A stretch of 64,000 bases of DNA from Octopus sinensis (Eukaryota), in assembly GCF_006345805.1 (NCBI RefSeq), contig NC_043018.1, forward strand, positions 8,060,001 to 8,124,000. Direction: 5' to 3'. Below the pieces are notes generated by a model, which worked only from the letters and a program-made list of their open reading frames with translations, ran no database searches and had not been told where the DNA came from. Numbering within the stretch: the first letter of the stretch is position 1; each line of letters begins with the position of its first letter. Shown here one piece after another: positions 1 through 12,373 of this stretch. The position numbers and the translations under genes were made by a program.

Positions 1-118
1 CTCTTGCTCTCATACTCACTTAAGCTCTATCTGTTTCCCATTGTCACTCTCCCTCACACTCTCGTTCTCACTCACACTCTCACTCAGGCTGGTGGAGTCA
101 TAAGCCTGTGATATTTAG

Positions 119-370
119 TTAAGTTAAGTTAATTTTTTGGCTTAAAAAGCAAAAAGCAAGGCCATGGAGTTATGTACAGGGAGGGTGTTCATGCAAAGAG
201 TTCAGGCCATTTCTGGTCAAGAGAGACTTTGAACCGAGCGGTCGTCGGCATCTTCACTATCTCGTCCGGCAGCTTATTCCACGGATCTGCAACCCGGACG
301 GAGAAAGCCCCTCTCCTTCGATTGAGATGAAATCGTTGCAGATAGAGCTTTTCGGAGTGACCCCGCAGCC
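119..370 (-). mobile_element. CR1-type LINE 3' fragment
   Basis: Reverse strand encodes LRGHSEKLYLQRFHLNRRRGAFSVRVADPWNKLPDEIVKMPTTARFKVSLDQKWPELFA; (TTAAC)n-type tail. Confidence 0.85.
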
Positions 371-656
371 ATATGTAGTGTAGAATTAATGTGTGTATAT
401 AGATTTATTTAATTCTATACAGCATATGCTGTATAGAATTAACATGTGTATATACATTTAGCATATGCAGTGTAGAATTATTGTGTGTATATAGATTTAA
501 CATATGCTGTATAGAATTAACATGTATATATACATTTAGCATATGCAGTGTAGAATTATTGTGTGTATATAGATTTAACATATGCTGTATAGAATTAACA
601 TGTGTATATACATTTAGCATATGCAGTGTAGAATTATTGTGTGTATATGGGTTTAA
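371..656. repeat. 39-bp minisatellite with alternating A/B monomers (78-bp dimer)
   Basis: A=CATATGCTGTATAGAATTAACATGTGTATATACATTTAG, B=CATATGCAGTGTAGAATTATTGTGTGTATATAGATTTAA; ABABAB from 423, partial B at 371. Confidence 0.9.
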
Positions 657-873
657 TAAATGATTTGAGTTCAGTTTCTGTGACTCGATTATTATTCTGA
701 GTTCAAATTCTGTCAAAGTGGACTTCACTTTTTCACCCTTCAGGGGTTCAATAGAATAAAGAAACAGTAATGGGACTGGAATCGGTTCTGTTATTGTAGC
801 CTTGATAAGAATGGAATTATAATAGAAGATATTCTTAGTTCTATATTTAAGAGATGAGGTATTATGTACCTTA

Positions 874-1969
874 CTAGCAGTATCGCCCGGCGTTGCTCGG
901 GTTTGTAAGGGAAATAACTATATAAGCATTTTTAGAGATGTAAAGTATAATAGCCATCTCAATATGGCTAACCACAAGGGGGTGGTTACTGTAGCTTTTT
1001 ACGTTCTGAGATTTAATAATACATTTTTAGAGAGTTACTTCCCTTATATAAAGCGAGCGAAAATGCATTAAAAATACAAAAAATAATGGTAAATTTTTTT
1101 AAAATCGTAATCTCATCATAGACACACGCTAATACCCAGAAGGGCTCGATATGAATCACGACTATAAGATACCCGGTTTTGGTTAAACTGCACCGCAAAA
1201 TGTGGGAGTAGTTAGGAATCTAAATCGTAGGAGACAGACACACAACTTCGCTTTTATATATAAAGACTAGCAGTATTGCCCGCGTTGCTCGAGTTTGTAA
1301 GGGAAATTTTTTTAAAAATCGTAATCTCATCATAGACACACGCTAATACCCAGAAGGGCTCGATATGAATCACGACTATAAGATACCCGGTTTTGGTTAA
1401 ACTGCACCGCAAAATGTGGGAGTAGTTAGGAATCTAAATCGTAGGAGACAGACACACAACTTCGCTTTTATATATAAAGACTAGCAGTATTGCCCGGCGT
1501 TGCTCGAGTTTGTAAGGGAAATAACTATATAAGCATTTTTAGAGAGTTACTTCCCTTATAGATGCCAATTCGGGCTTTCTTAGCCATTTCTGTTTTGGTG
1601 TCTTCAAGCCATGAAGTTGTTGTTCTAAAAGAACGCTGGTCTCCTTGACAACGCTTTACGACGTTGATTTCCTTACACTCCCTTCCCCACAGCTTCACGA
1701 GGGGGGGAAGCAAAGAGGTGCAGGTGTGACCATGGACGCCAACTCTGCCGCCATCAACACACGAAATATTATGCATTAAAATGGAATAAAAAATGATGGT
1801 AAATTATTTTTTAAATCGTAGACTCATCATAGACGCGCGCTAATACTCAGACGGGCTTGATATGAATCACGCCTATAAGATACCCGAATTTGGTTAAACT
1901 GCACCGCAAAATGTGGGAGTAGTTAGGAATCTAAATCGAAGGGGACAGACACTCACACAACTACAGTTT

Positions 1970-1975
<6 letters not shown>
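874..1975 (-). mobile_element. Three head-to-tail non-autonomous Helitrons (874-1266, 1267-1480, 1481-~1975)
   Basis: On the minus strand each starts TCTTTATATATAAAAG (third start lost in (TA)n) and ends with a CCCGAGCAACGCCGGG-type hairpin then ACTGCTAG; junctions read CTAG|TC. Confidence 0.85.
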
Positions 1976-2015
<40 letters not shown>

Positions 2016-2763
2016 TACACACACACACAAAGAAAATGGAAAGAATCCCAAACTTTAATACATATCACGCATGCAGACAAAAGCAGTTTATAAGTCTTCG
2101 TTTACATATTTGGTTTGCAAGTCTCTTAATGTGAATTTGTCTGTTGAAACAAGTCTTATGTGGATCATTACACCAATATTAATAAACACATGCACCAGTT
2201 TAATATCACTTCTTTATTAATTAGATATTTAACTCATTGATTAACAATAAAGAAGTGATATAGAACCAGTGCATGTGTTGTTATTGGCATAATGACCCAC
2301 CCAAAACAACACAGTTTATGAATATTATTTCTTTACATATAGTTTTTGCTCTTGTCCACAAATCCCCACCCCCATGTTAACCTACAATCATGTAAAGTGG
2401 TGGTAGTGATGGTTATGGGGATAATGTCCATGCAGCTTCTAGGCCAGTCATCAGCAAATAACAGCCCACAGGACTTTCTCAATGGTACACCAAATGAAAA
2501 ATTACCGTGAATTTTTTTTTCTTTTTTTTTTTTAGTGATGCACCCCTGCCTGATGATAAGCCATGTCTCATGTGGCCAGCTTCTCAAAAAACAGAATCTC
2601 GTAGCTGTTTTAGACAGATATTCAAGAAAGGCAACCCAACTGTTTCTAAACAAAAGTTTTCAAAACCTCATTAGTACACCATGTCTTTCAGCTGTCTCTG
2701 CTATCACTGTTGTTATGGCCTCTACTCTTCTGAAATAAGCAGCAAGTTCTGTGACACTGTGAA

Positions 2764-3105
2764 GGCATATGGCTCAGTGGTTAGAGCATTAGACACACAA
2801 TCATGAGGTAGTGAGTTTGATTCCTTGACCAGGTTGTGTGTTGTGTTCTTGATCAAGACACTTTATTTCACATTGCTCCAGTTCACTCAGCTGTAGAAAT
2901 GAGTTGCGATGTTACTGGCGCCGAGTTGTATTAGCCTTTGGCTTTCCCTTGGACAACATTGGTGGCATTAAGAGGGGAGGCTGGTATGCATGGGTGACTG
3001 CTGGTCTTCCATAAGAAACAACCTTACCTGGATTTGTGACTTAGAAGGAAACCTTCTAGGTGCAATCCCATGGTCATTCATGTCCGAAGGGGGTCTTTAC
3101 CCTCT
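2764..3105 (+). mobile_element. tRNA-headed CORE-like SINE
   Basis: GGCTCAGTGGTTAGAGC head, TCTTGAGCAAGACACTTTATTTCAC core. Further copies near 7405-7735, 26650-26960, 33100-33420, 56200-56410. Confidence 0.78.
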
Positions 3106-3705
3106 GTAACACTGATCTGACTACACCCAACTTCAGTACACTTGATGCATACCTATTTCTTTATTGCCCACAAGGGGCTAAACATAGAGGGAACAAACAA
3201 GGACAGACATAGGTATTAAGTCGATTACATCAACCCCAGTGCGTAACTGGTACTTATTTTAATCGACCCCGAAAGGATGAAAGGCAAAGTCGACCTCGGC
3301 GGAATTTGAACTCACAACGTCAACCGTTTCTTTCTACTGACGCCTCATCATCAGTTTCCGGCCCCCTACATGACTACTCCTGTTTTAAAACAGGAGTAGC
3401 CATGCACCTTCACAGTGTCACAGAACTTGCTGCTCATTTCAGAAGAATAGAAGCCATAACAACAGTTCTGCTCCAGCCCCTTTTTTTTCTTGTACCTTAC
3501 CCTTCTCTACCCGTCATTCTCCTGGCATAAAGTTCACCCCCTCAACTTGGGGTTTCTAGTCTTGCAAGCTGCATAGCAACCTCACTAGTGCTGTTGGTAT
3601 ATAAAAAAGGACCCAGCACATGCTGTAAAGTGGCTGGTGCTAGGAAGGGCATCCAGCTTGAGAAACCATGCCAAAATAGACACTGGAGCATGACAATACT
3701 TAGAC

Positions 3706-3906
3706 CAGTGGTTTTCAACCAGGGTTTCGCCAGTACAGTCCAGGGATTCCGCAAGAAGTTACAAAACTGCTAAAATTGGCAATAATTTTTAATTCTCCCG
3801 TGCAGATATGTGTGCATAAGACTATTAAATTATTGCACAGGGGTTCCCCGAGCCAGTGGAATGTTTCCTTGGGGTTCTGCTCCAGCAAAAAGTTTGAAAA
3901 GCACTG
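3706..3906 (+). mobile_element. hAT-Buster MITE
   Basis: TIRs CAGTGGTTTTCAACC / TTTGAAAAGCACTG; 8-bp TSD ACTTAGAC/GCTTAGAC. Confidence 0.88.
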
Positions 3907-4390
3907 GCTTAGACACATCCTTCAAAACGTCTAACCCATGCCAGCATGGAATATGGACAGTAAATGATGAGTCTTGCCGTATGTTTTACTCATCAGAATC
4001 CATCCATCAAACCCACTTTTTCCATTCTTAATCCAATATTTCCTCTCACCAAACTCAATGCCCAAACACATTTTTCATCAAACCAATCTTTCCTTCTTTA
4101 TTATGTTATATCCACCAAGATCTTCACCTAGAACTAGCATATATTCCTTTTTTTTTTTCTTTCAAGAACCCAATCCCTCCGACCCCTTCTTCCCACCAAA
4201 TTCAGTATTCCAACATCCCCTTGTTCCCTTTTACATCTTAACCCTATAGCAATTAAACTAGCCATATCAGGCCCCAAATATTCTGTTTTATGTTCAAACT
4301 AACCAGATCCAGCCTCTCACACCTACCCTGCAATGTCATTTTAAAAATAAACAATCATCTCCTTGAAGTCTGGAAGCTATAAAATAATTC

Positions 4391-4800
4391 AGATGGCGGC
4401 GAGCTGGCAGAAATGTTAGCATGCTGGGCGAAATGCTTAGCGGTATTTCGTCTGCCACTACGTTCTGAGTTCAAATTCCACCAAGGTCGACTTTGCTTTT
4501 CATCCTTTGGGGTCGATAAATTAAGTACCAGTTACGCACTGGGGTCTATGTAATCGACTTAATCCGTGTGTCTGTCCTTGTTTGTCCCCTCTGTGTTTAG
4601 CCCTTGTGGGTAGTAAAGAAATAGGTATTTCATCTGTCGCTACGTTCTGAGTTCAAATTCCGCCAAGGTCGACTTTGCTTTCATCCTTTCGGGGTCAATT
4701 AAATAAGTATCAGTTACGCACTGGGGTTGATATAATCGACTTAATTTGTGTGTCTGTCCTTGTTTGTCCCCTCTATGTTTAACCCCTTGTGGGTAGTAAA
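4391..4800 (+). mobile_element. tRNA-derived SINE with Meta-like central domain, tandem dimer
   Basis: GGCGGCGAGCTGGCAG head; GTCGACTTTGCCTTTCATCCTTTCGGGGTCGATAAATTAAGTACC core. Further copies near 3155-3320, 9330-9770, 16780-17695, 24648-24870, 36470-37030, 37975-38145, 56925-57335, 60910-61145. Confidence 0.8.
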
Positions 4801-5804
4801 TAGCTATAAAATAATGCATGATTAATTCAAAACATTTAACAGAGTAGTCAAAATGCTAAATGGCTAATCCATCTCCTTTTGTTGGGGTTTTTTGTTGTTT
4901 TTTTTTTAAGTTTGTTTAGAAAAAAAAATGGTAAAAAAACCCTGATGAGAAAGGGTCTTTGGATGCTGGGCCTCACTGATGAAATGACAAGGGTCCAGGA
5001 GATATGGCAGTTTGCTGTACTTGATAAGACATGTCAAGCTAAGTAAAATTGCTGTCTTCCACACATACAGGTGTGTCCTTTCAGGTGCTGGTGCCCTTAA
5101 AATGCACCCCACCTGTCAATGCTGCATTAACACACCCAGCACACTATTAAGTGGTTGGCATCAGGAAGGTCATCCAGCCGTAGAAGCCTTGCCACAACAG
5201 ACAGTTGGAATCTGAACAGCTCCATGTGAAACATATCCAACCTATGCCATCATGGAAAGAGGATGCTAAATGATGATGATGACCAGATCCAGCCTCTCAC
5301 ACCTATTCTACAATGTCATTTTAAAAAACCAATCACGTCTTCAAAATTTTGAAGCTATATGATAAAGCATGATTAATTTGAAACGTTCAACAGAGTAGTC
5401 TAAATGCTAAATGGCTGGTCCTTCTTCCTGTGTAGGGCTTTGACCATCAAACCCACCAATGTTTCTTCAGAAGTGTAAACATCAGGATCCAGTCATTCCT
5501 TTCCAACATTTTCCCTTGAACAGCCTCAACCTTACCAACAAACTTCATTGAACACACTCTCACTCAGTCATAAGAGATCTTATTACCAGATCTAGGACAA
5601 ATGAGGCCCTATGCTAGTTAAGTTGAGAGACCGCTTAGTTGGACATTTGAATGTTTGGCTTTCATAAAACAATTTGGGGCCACTGGTTATTGTGACTACA
5701 TTCTCCCTTCTTCATTTGGAATGGAATTTGTTTTGAAAACGAAAACAAGTTTCTCTGTTTTGTCTCTTCCTTTCAATATCTTTCTTCTGTGTCTCTTTCT
5801 ACAG

Positions 5805-5882
5805 ACTGGTTTACTGTTGAATGAAGAAACCGATAGCATCCTCTTCCAACAAGAAGATTTTGATAACTCGTCTGATTCTATG
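5805..5882 (+). CDS. NDC80: NDC80 exon (first in window; gene 5'-truncated by window edge)
   Basis: Pyrimidine tract+ACAG acceptor, TGLLLNEETDSILFQQEDFDNSSDSM, donor ATG|GTTTGT; 78 nt phase 0/0; positionally matches the linker after the NDC80 CH domain and joins in phase to the next exon. Confidence 0.75.
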
Positions 5883-6713
5883 GTTTGTATATTTTTTTAA
5901 TGTTTTACTTGTTTCAGTCATTGGACTGCAGCCATGCTGGGACACCTTGAAGGGTTCGGGTCAAACAAATTGACCCCAACCACCAGTACTTATTTTTTAA
6001 AGTCCACGTAAAAGGCACCATCCGATCGTGGCCGTTTGCCAGCTCTGTCTGGCCCCTGTGCCTGTGACACTACACTCACGGAGTGGTTGGCATTAGGAAG
6101 GGCATCCAGCCGTAGAAACATTGCCAGATCAGACTGGGCCTGGTGCAGCCTTCTGGCCTCCAAGACCCCAGTTGAACCATCCAACCCATGCTAGCATGGA
6201 AAGCGGACGCTAAATGATGATGATGATGATGATGACTACATTTTAAGTGACTTCATCTCTCCACCGTTATCAGGTGTTTTATTCATGAAATAAAGGTCTC
6301 TCATTTATGTTCCTTTTGATCTCCAATCTTCATCATTTTCTCTTACTTGTTTCAGTCAATTAGATGGTGGTCATGCTGGAGCACTGCCTTGAAGCGAATT
6401 GACTCCAATGTTTTTCTTTTTTTTAAAGCCTGGCACTCATTTACCAAACAAAATAAGTTACAGGGATGTAAACACACCAACACTGGTTAACAAGTGGGAC
6501 AATGGAGGCTAAGTGATGGCAATGTTGACTTTGCTTTTCATCCCTTTGGGGTCAACAAAATACCAGGGTCAATAAAGTACCAGTCAGGGTACTGGGGTTC
6601 ATGTAATTGACTTTCCCCTCACCCTCAAAAACTGCTGGCCTTGTGTCAAAACCTGAAATTATTATTATGATGTTTAGTTTTGTACGAAAACTTTTTCCTT
6701 GTTATTTTTTCAG

Positions 6714-6804
6714 CTGATATTTAAACACCTTGTTGAGTCCTACGATCTTTTTCTGAAAGGATCGGATTTTGATGCCCTGGACCAGATGCTCCATGATACC
6801 TTCA
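6714..6804 (+). CDS. NDC80: NDC80 exon
   Basis: TTTCAG acceptor, LIFKHLVESYDLFLKGSDFDALDQMLHDTF (cf. human [27 protein letters not shown]), donor A|GTAAGT; 91 nt phase 0/1. Confidence 0.9.
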
Positions 6805-8599
6805 GTAAGTATCACATTTCAGACTATTTTTGTCTTCCAGCATCTGTCTTGTGTATCAAGTTTCTTATATGTTGCCTGTTTTCACTTTAACAATCATCAT
6901 TTTAAGTCCATTTCTCTATGCTTGCACGGGGCAGATGGAAGTTGTTGAGGCAGATTTTTATGACTGGATGTCCTCTCTGTGACCAACCCTCAACAGTTTG
7001 CAGGTAAAATAATATTTCCCCATGATCAGACATAAGTGAACAACCTTGTTGTATGATAACGATGATGATGATGCTCATTTACAACTATGCCGTTGCCAGT
7101 GCCACTGGACTGGCTCCTGTGCAGGTGGCACGTAAAAAACACCATTTGAGCGTGGCCGTTGCCAGTACCACCTGACTGGCCCTCATGCCAGTGGCACATA
7201 AAAGCACCCACTACACTCTCGGAGTGTTTGGCGTTAGGAAGGGCATCCAGCTGTAGAAACTCTGCCAGATCAGACTGGAGTCTGGTGCAGCCATCTGGTT
7301 TGCCAGTCCTCAGTCAAAATCGTCCAACCCATGCTAGCATGGAAAGCAGACGTTAAACGATGATGATGATATGTAATGTCTAGACAAGGGCAAAATGGGT
7401 AAAGATCCCCTTTGGTTGTGAATGTCTATGGGATTGCACCTAGAAAGTCCCCTTCAAAGCACAAGTCCAGGCAAGGTTGTTTATGGAAGGCCAGCAGTCA
7501 CCCATTCCATGCATACCAACCTCCCTTCTCCATGCCACCAATGTTGTCCAAGGAAAGGCAAAGGCTGATACAGCTTGGCACCAGAAACATTGCAACTCAT
7601 TTCAGTAGCTGAGTGAACTGGAGCAATGTGAAATAAAGTGTCTTGCTCAAGAACACAACACACAGCTCGATTGAGGAATCAAACTCACTACCTCATGATA
7701 ATGAGCCTGATGCTCTAGCCACTGAGCCATGCACCATCACAAGGGTGTATACACACAAAGCTCTGTGTATCTAAGGTTTGTGTGTGTATACTCTTTACTC
7801 TTTTACTCTTTTACTTGTTTCAGTCATTTGACTGCGGCCATGCTAGAGCACCGCCTTTAGTCGAGCAAATCGACCCCGGGACTTATTCTTTGTAAGCCCA
7901 GTACTTATTCTATCAGTCTCTTTTGCCGAACCGCTAAGTGACGGGGACATAAACACACCAGCATCGGTTGTCAAGCAATGCTAGGGGGACAAACACAGAC
8001 ACACAAACACACACACGCATATATATATATATACATACCTGTGTCGGTGGCACGTAAAAACACCATCCGAAGACCCGGCAAGACTAGTCAGGCCATAACC
8101 TGTGGCCCCTACCTGGGACGTAGTCAGTCCACCTGTGCATACCTTCCTTCTTGTGACACTTGTGAAGACCTGTTGAGGCAAGTGAAAATCAAAACAAATC
8201 AAAATAGATGAACATCAATGGAATTTGTATCTTTGTGGTACCAGTGCCGGTGGCACACAAGAAAACCATCCGAACGTGGCCGTAGCCAGTACCGCATCGA
8301 CTGGCCTCCGTGCTGTGGCACGTAACAAACACCATCCGATCGTGGCCGTTTGCCAGCCTCATCTGGCACCTGTGTCGGTGGCACATAAAAACACCATCCG
8401 AGCGTGGCCGTCTGCCAGCCTCGTCTGGCACCTGTGTCGGTGGCACATAAAAAACACCATCCGAGCGTGGCCGTCTGCCAGGTTGTATGTGTGTGTGTAA
8501 TTTCTTACATTCTGTGTTGTGTAATTTTGCGTCGTTATAGATATGCTTTATGATACCAGTTGATTGTTTTAATTAAAAGTTTCCTTTCTGAATTTACAG

Positions 8600-8694
8600 A
8601 AAACAGACAGTTTACAAATGAAAGTCAACTTCAGAAACTGGCACAGGAGAACGAAAATTTGATCAAGATGCTACAGGAATGTGAATGTATTGAG
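8600..8694 (+). CDS. NDC80: NDC80 exon (coiled coil)
   Basis: TTACAG acceptor, (K)NRQFTNESQLQKLAQENENLIKMLQECECIE, donor GAG|GTGAGT; 95 nt phase 1/0. Confidence 0.85.
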
Positions 8695-8881
8695 GTGAGT
8701 CAAACAAACTTTCTGCTTCTTTTTAACAGCCTCAGAGATCTTCTTTTTAACAGTCTCAGAGATCTTTGTAAGATGAACACTCATGAGTATGACCCTTGCC
8801 TGATTGATTAACTGTTAAAAAAATTTTTTTTTAGACATTCTTTTTATCAGCGGATTTTAAAACATTTTAAAGGATTTTAAG

Positions 8882-9260
8882 GATAGGCACAGGAGTGGCT
8901 GTGTGGTAAGCAGCTTGCTTACTAACCACATGGTTCCAGGTTCATTCCCACTACTTGGCACCTTGGGCAAGTGTCTTCTACTATATCCTCAGGCCGACCA
9001 AAACCTTGTGAGTGGATTTGGTAGACGGAAACTGAAAGAAGCCTGTCATACATATATATATGTGCATATGTTTGTGTGTCTGTGTTTGTCCCCACCCCCA
9101 ACATCACTTGACAACCAATGCTGGTGTGTTTATGCCCCCATAACTTAGTGGTTCGGCAAAAGAGACCGAAAGAATAAGTCGTGGGGTCGGTTTGCTTGAC
9201 TAAAGGCGATGCTCCAGCATGGCCGCAGTCATATGACTGAAACAAGTAAAAAGGGAGAAA
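8882..9260 (+). mobile_element. tRNA-headed SINE (GGAGTGGCTGTGTGG family)
   Basis: A/B-box-like head, internal (TA)/(TG), tail GACTGAAACAAGTAAAA. Further copies near 7790-8030, 23640-23840, 31126-31500, 34240-34510, 44140-44500, 45612-46030, 52200-52600, 58410-58690. Confidence 0.82.
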
Positions 9261-10463
9261 AAAGAAAAAAGAGCCCACTGTGCTTGTCCCCTACACTGCT
9301 TTTCATTAATGTAAAATAATAATAATCCTTTCTACTGAAAACACAAGGCCTGAAATAAGGGGGTGGAGGACTAGTTGATTACATCGACCCCAGTGTCCCA
9401 CTGGTACTTAATTTATCAACCATGAAAGGATGAAAGGCAAAGTCGACCTTGGTGGAATTTAAACTCAGAACATAGCAATGGGTGAAATACCTATTTCTTT
9501 ATTACCCACAAGGGGCTAAACACAGAGGGGACAAACAAGGACAGACATAGGTATTAAGTCGATTACATCGACCCCAGTGCGTAACTGGTACTTAATTTAT
9601 CGACCCCGAAAGGATGAAAGGCAAAGTCGACCTCGGCGGAATTTGAACTCGGAACATAACGGCAGACGAAATACTGCTAAGCATTTCGCCCGGCGTCCTA
9701 ACGTTTCTGCCAGCTCGCCGCCTCTTTAAGCATTTCACCAATGCTAACAATTCTGCCAGCTCACCACCTTAATAATAATACCAATAATAATAATGATAAA
9801 TGCCCTGATGTGGTACCAGGCTCTGGCCCTCATGGCTTTTGATCTTAACTGATTGGAAGTGTTATCATGTACATTGTTTTGTCTTGGTATAACAGATGGG
9901 CTACAGCAAATATTCTGCTCAGTACCACAAATCTGCTTTTTATTTTCTTGACCTTAACTGGTTGAGCATGTCCCTGAGTGGCTGACAATATGTGCATCTC
10001 TGATCACAAGCAGGAGCAGTTGGGGAGCATCATAGCCATGTTTTGAGAGGAATTCTTTGGGGACAGTGTTTCATTCCACATTGTTAACCTTTATTCAGGG
10101 TTTCGATTCCCAGACCGGGCATTGTGTTTATTGAGCGAAAACACCTAAAGCTCCACGAGGCTCCGGCAGGGGATGGTGGTGATCCCTGCTGTACTCTTTC
10201 ACCACAACTTTCTCTCACTCTTACTTCTTGTTTCTGTTGTACCTGTATTTCAAAGGGCCGGCCTCGTCACTCTCTGTGTCACGCTGAACATCCCCGAGAA
10301 CTACGTTAAGGGTACACGTGTCTGTGGAGTGCTCAGCCACTTACACGTTAATTTCACGAGCAGGCTGTTCCGTTGATTCGGATCAACCGGAACCCTCGTC
10401 GTCGTAACCGACGGAGTGCTTCCATCATCCAGTAATAATGAACCTTCTTCTCTTTTTTAAAAG

Positions 10464-10608
10464 GATGATGTGGAAGAAATGCGAGTAAGTAAGGCCATGC
10501 AAGAACAGGACCTCACTCGTCTGACGAATTATCTGACTGAACTGCAGAGCTTTAAAGAGAAACTGGACAAAACTGTGGAAGAGGAAATGAAAGAATTCGA
10601 ATTACTTG
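10464..10608 (+). CDS. NDC80: NDC80 exon (coiled coil)
   Basis: Acceptor TTTTTTAAAAG, DDVEEMRVSKAMQEQDLTRLTNYLTELQSFKEKLDKTVEEEMKEFELL, donor TTG|GTAAGA; 145 nt phase 0/1; absent from the ORF track (<60 aa). Confidence 0.85.
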
Positions 10609-12066
10609 GTAAGACAGTATCAGATGGTACCACTTGTTTTTAATGTCTGTATGTCGGTCTTTAACTGTGGAGGGAACCTGTGGTAGAGGTAGACCCAAGA
10701 AGACATGGGATGAGGTGGTGAAGCATGATCCTCAGGTGTTGAGTGTCACAGAGGCAATAACAAGTGATGGACATCATCATCATCATCGTTTAATGTCCGC
10801 TTTCCATGCTAGCATGGGTTGGACGGTTTTGACTGAGGACTGGCGAACCAGATGGCTGCACCAGGCTCCAGTCTTGATTTGGCAGAGTTTCTACAGCTGG
10901 ATGCCCTTCCTAACGCCAACCACTCCAAGAGTGTAGTGGGTGCTTTTTACGTGCCACCGGCATGGGAGCCAGTCAGGCGGTACTGGCAATGACCTCGCTT
11001 TAATCTTTTTACACATGCCACCAGCACAGGTGCCAGTAAGGTGACGTTGGTAACTATACCATATGGTGCCCACCTTTGGTAATTTGCAGTGCTTGAGAAG
11101 ACCTGTCAAGCCAAGTGAAATTGTTGTCATGGCCAGAGCTGGTGACATGTAAAAAAAAAAAAAAGGCACCCACTATACTCTCAGAGTGGTTGGCGTTAGG
11201 AGAGGCATCAAGCCATAGAAGCCAGGCCAAATCAGACTGGGGCCTGGTACAGCTCTTCAGTTTACCAGTCCCAGTTAAACCAACTAACCCATGCCAGCAG
11301 GGAAAACAGATTCTAAATGATGATGATGATGTCTTAGGTGATGAGCTGTTAATAGTATTATCATCTATTAACAACTCATCATCTGAGACGTGATGACATC
11401 ATCATGTCTTAGGGCTGCGTTGATCTTCAATGTTTCCGTTGGCAAGGTTTCCAGTGGCTGGATGCTCTTCCTATCACCAACCACTTTACAGAATGTACTG
11501 GATGCTCTTTTTCCATGGCTCCAATATGTTTATAAATTTTTAGATCATTAACTTCCATCTGATCGTGGCTGTTTGCCAGCCGTAGAAACATTGCCAGATC
11601 AGCCTGGTGCAGCCTTCTGGCTTCCCAGACCCCAGTTGACCCGTCCAACCCATGCCAGCATAGAAAGAGCATTCTAAACGAAGATGATGATGATGATGAA
11701 CTTCATCGTTAGAGATAAAAAAAAAAGAAGTTTTTCACAGGCCTGGCTGCCTGTTTAACAAGTTCATGCCCTAACCACATGGTTTCAAGTTCAATTCTCC
11801 TGCTTGGTACCTTGGGCAAAGCTTTTCTAAACTCTTGGGTTGACCAGTGCCTTGTGAGTAAAATTTGCTTTACAGAAATTGTATGGCAGCCTGTCAAGTG
11901 GATATCATTTGCTCCACATAGTCACACACACGTATATACACACTGAGTTCCATTCTCATACTCAGATATGCTACCTGTCACTTGATGTATACACTCCCAC
12001 ATACCCCCTCAGGCCAGATTAAGACCCATTGAGGTCCAAAGCACTTAAAAGATTTTGGTGGCTCCA

Positions 12067-12116
<50 letters not shown>

Positions 12117-12373
12117 GATGAGTGTATTTTTACCTTGTTAACAATTAACACGGAAAAAATAAATAAATAGTTACCAGGGCAGCAAAAATCTCACAAGTAA
12201 AGAGGTTGTAAGTCCTTGTTTATAAAGGTAGAAACTTCGTGTTTACGTGGAATATTTTGAATAATATATGAATAAATAAATGGAGTTAACGCAGGTGTAA
12301 TCAAATATTTTTACTTTCGACACATGTTTCGAAAATTCCACTGATACTATTCAAAAGAATAAATGGCATAAAC

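Noticed and set aside
2536-2738. Possible upstream NDC80 exon after a poly-T/AG at ~2535
   Set aside because: No frame resembles the NDC80 CH domain (e.g. TWPH..AAL.WL) and no good in-phase donor was found.
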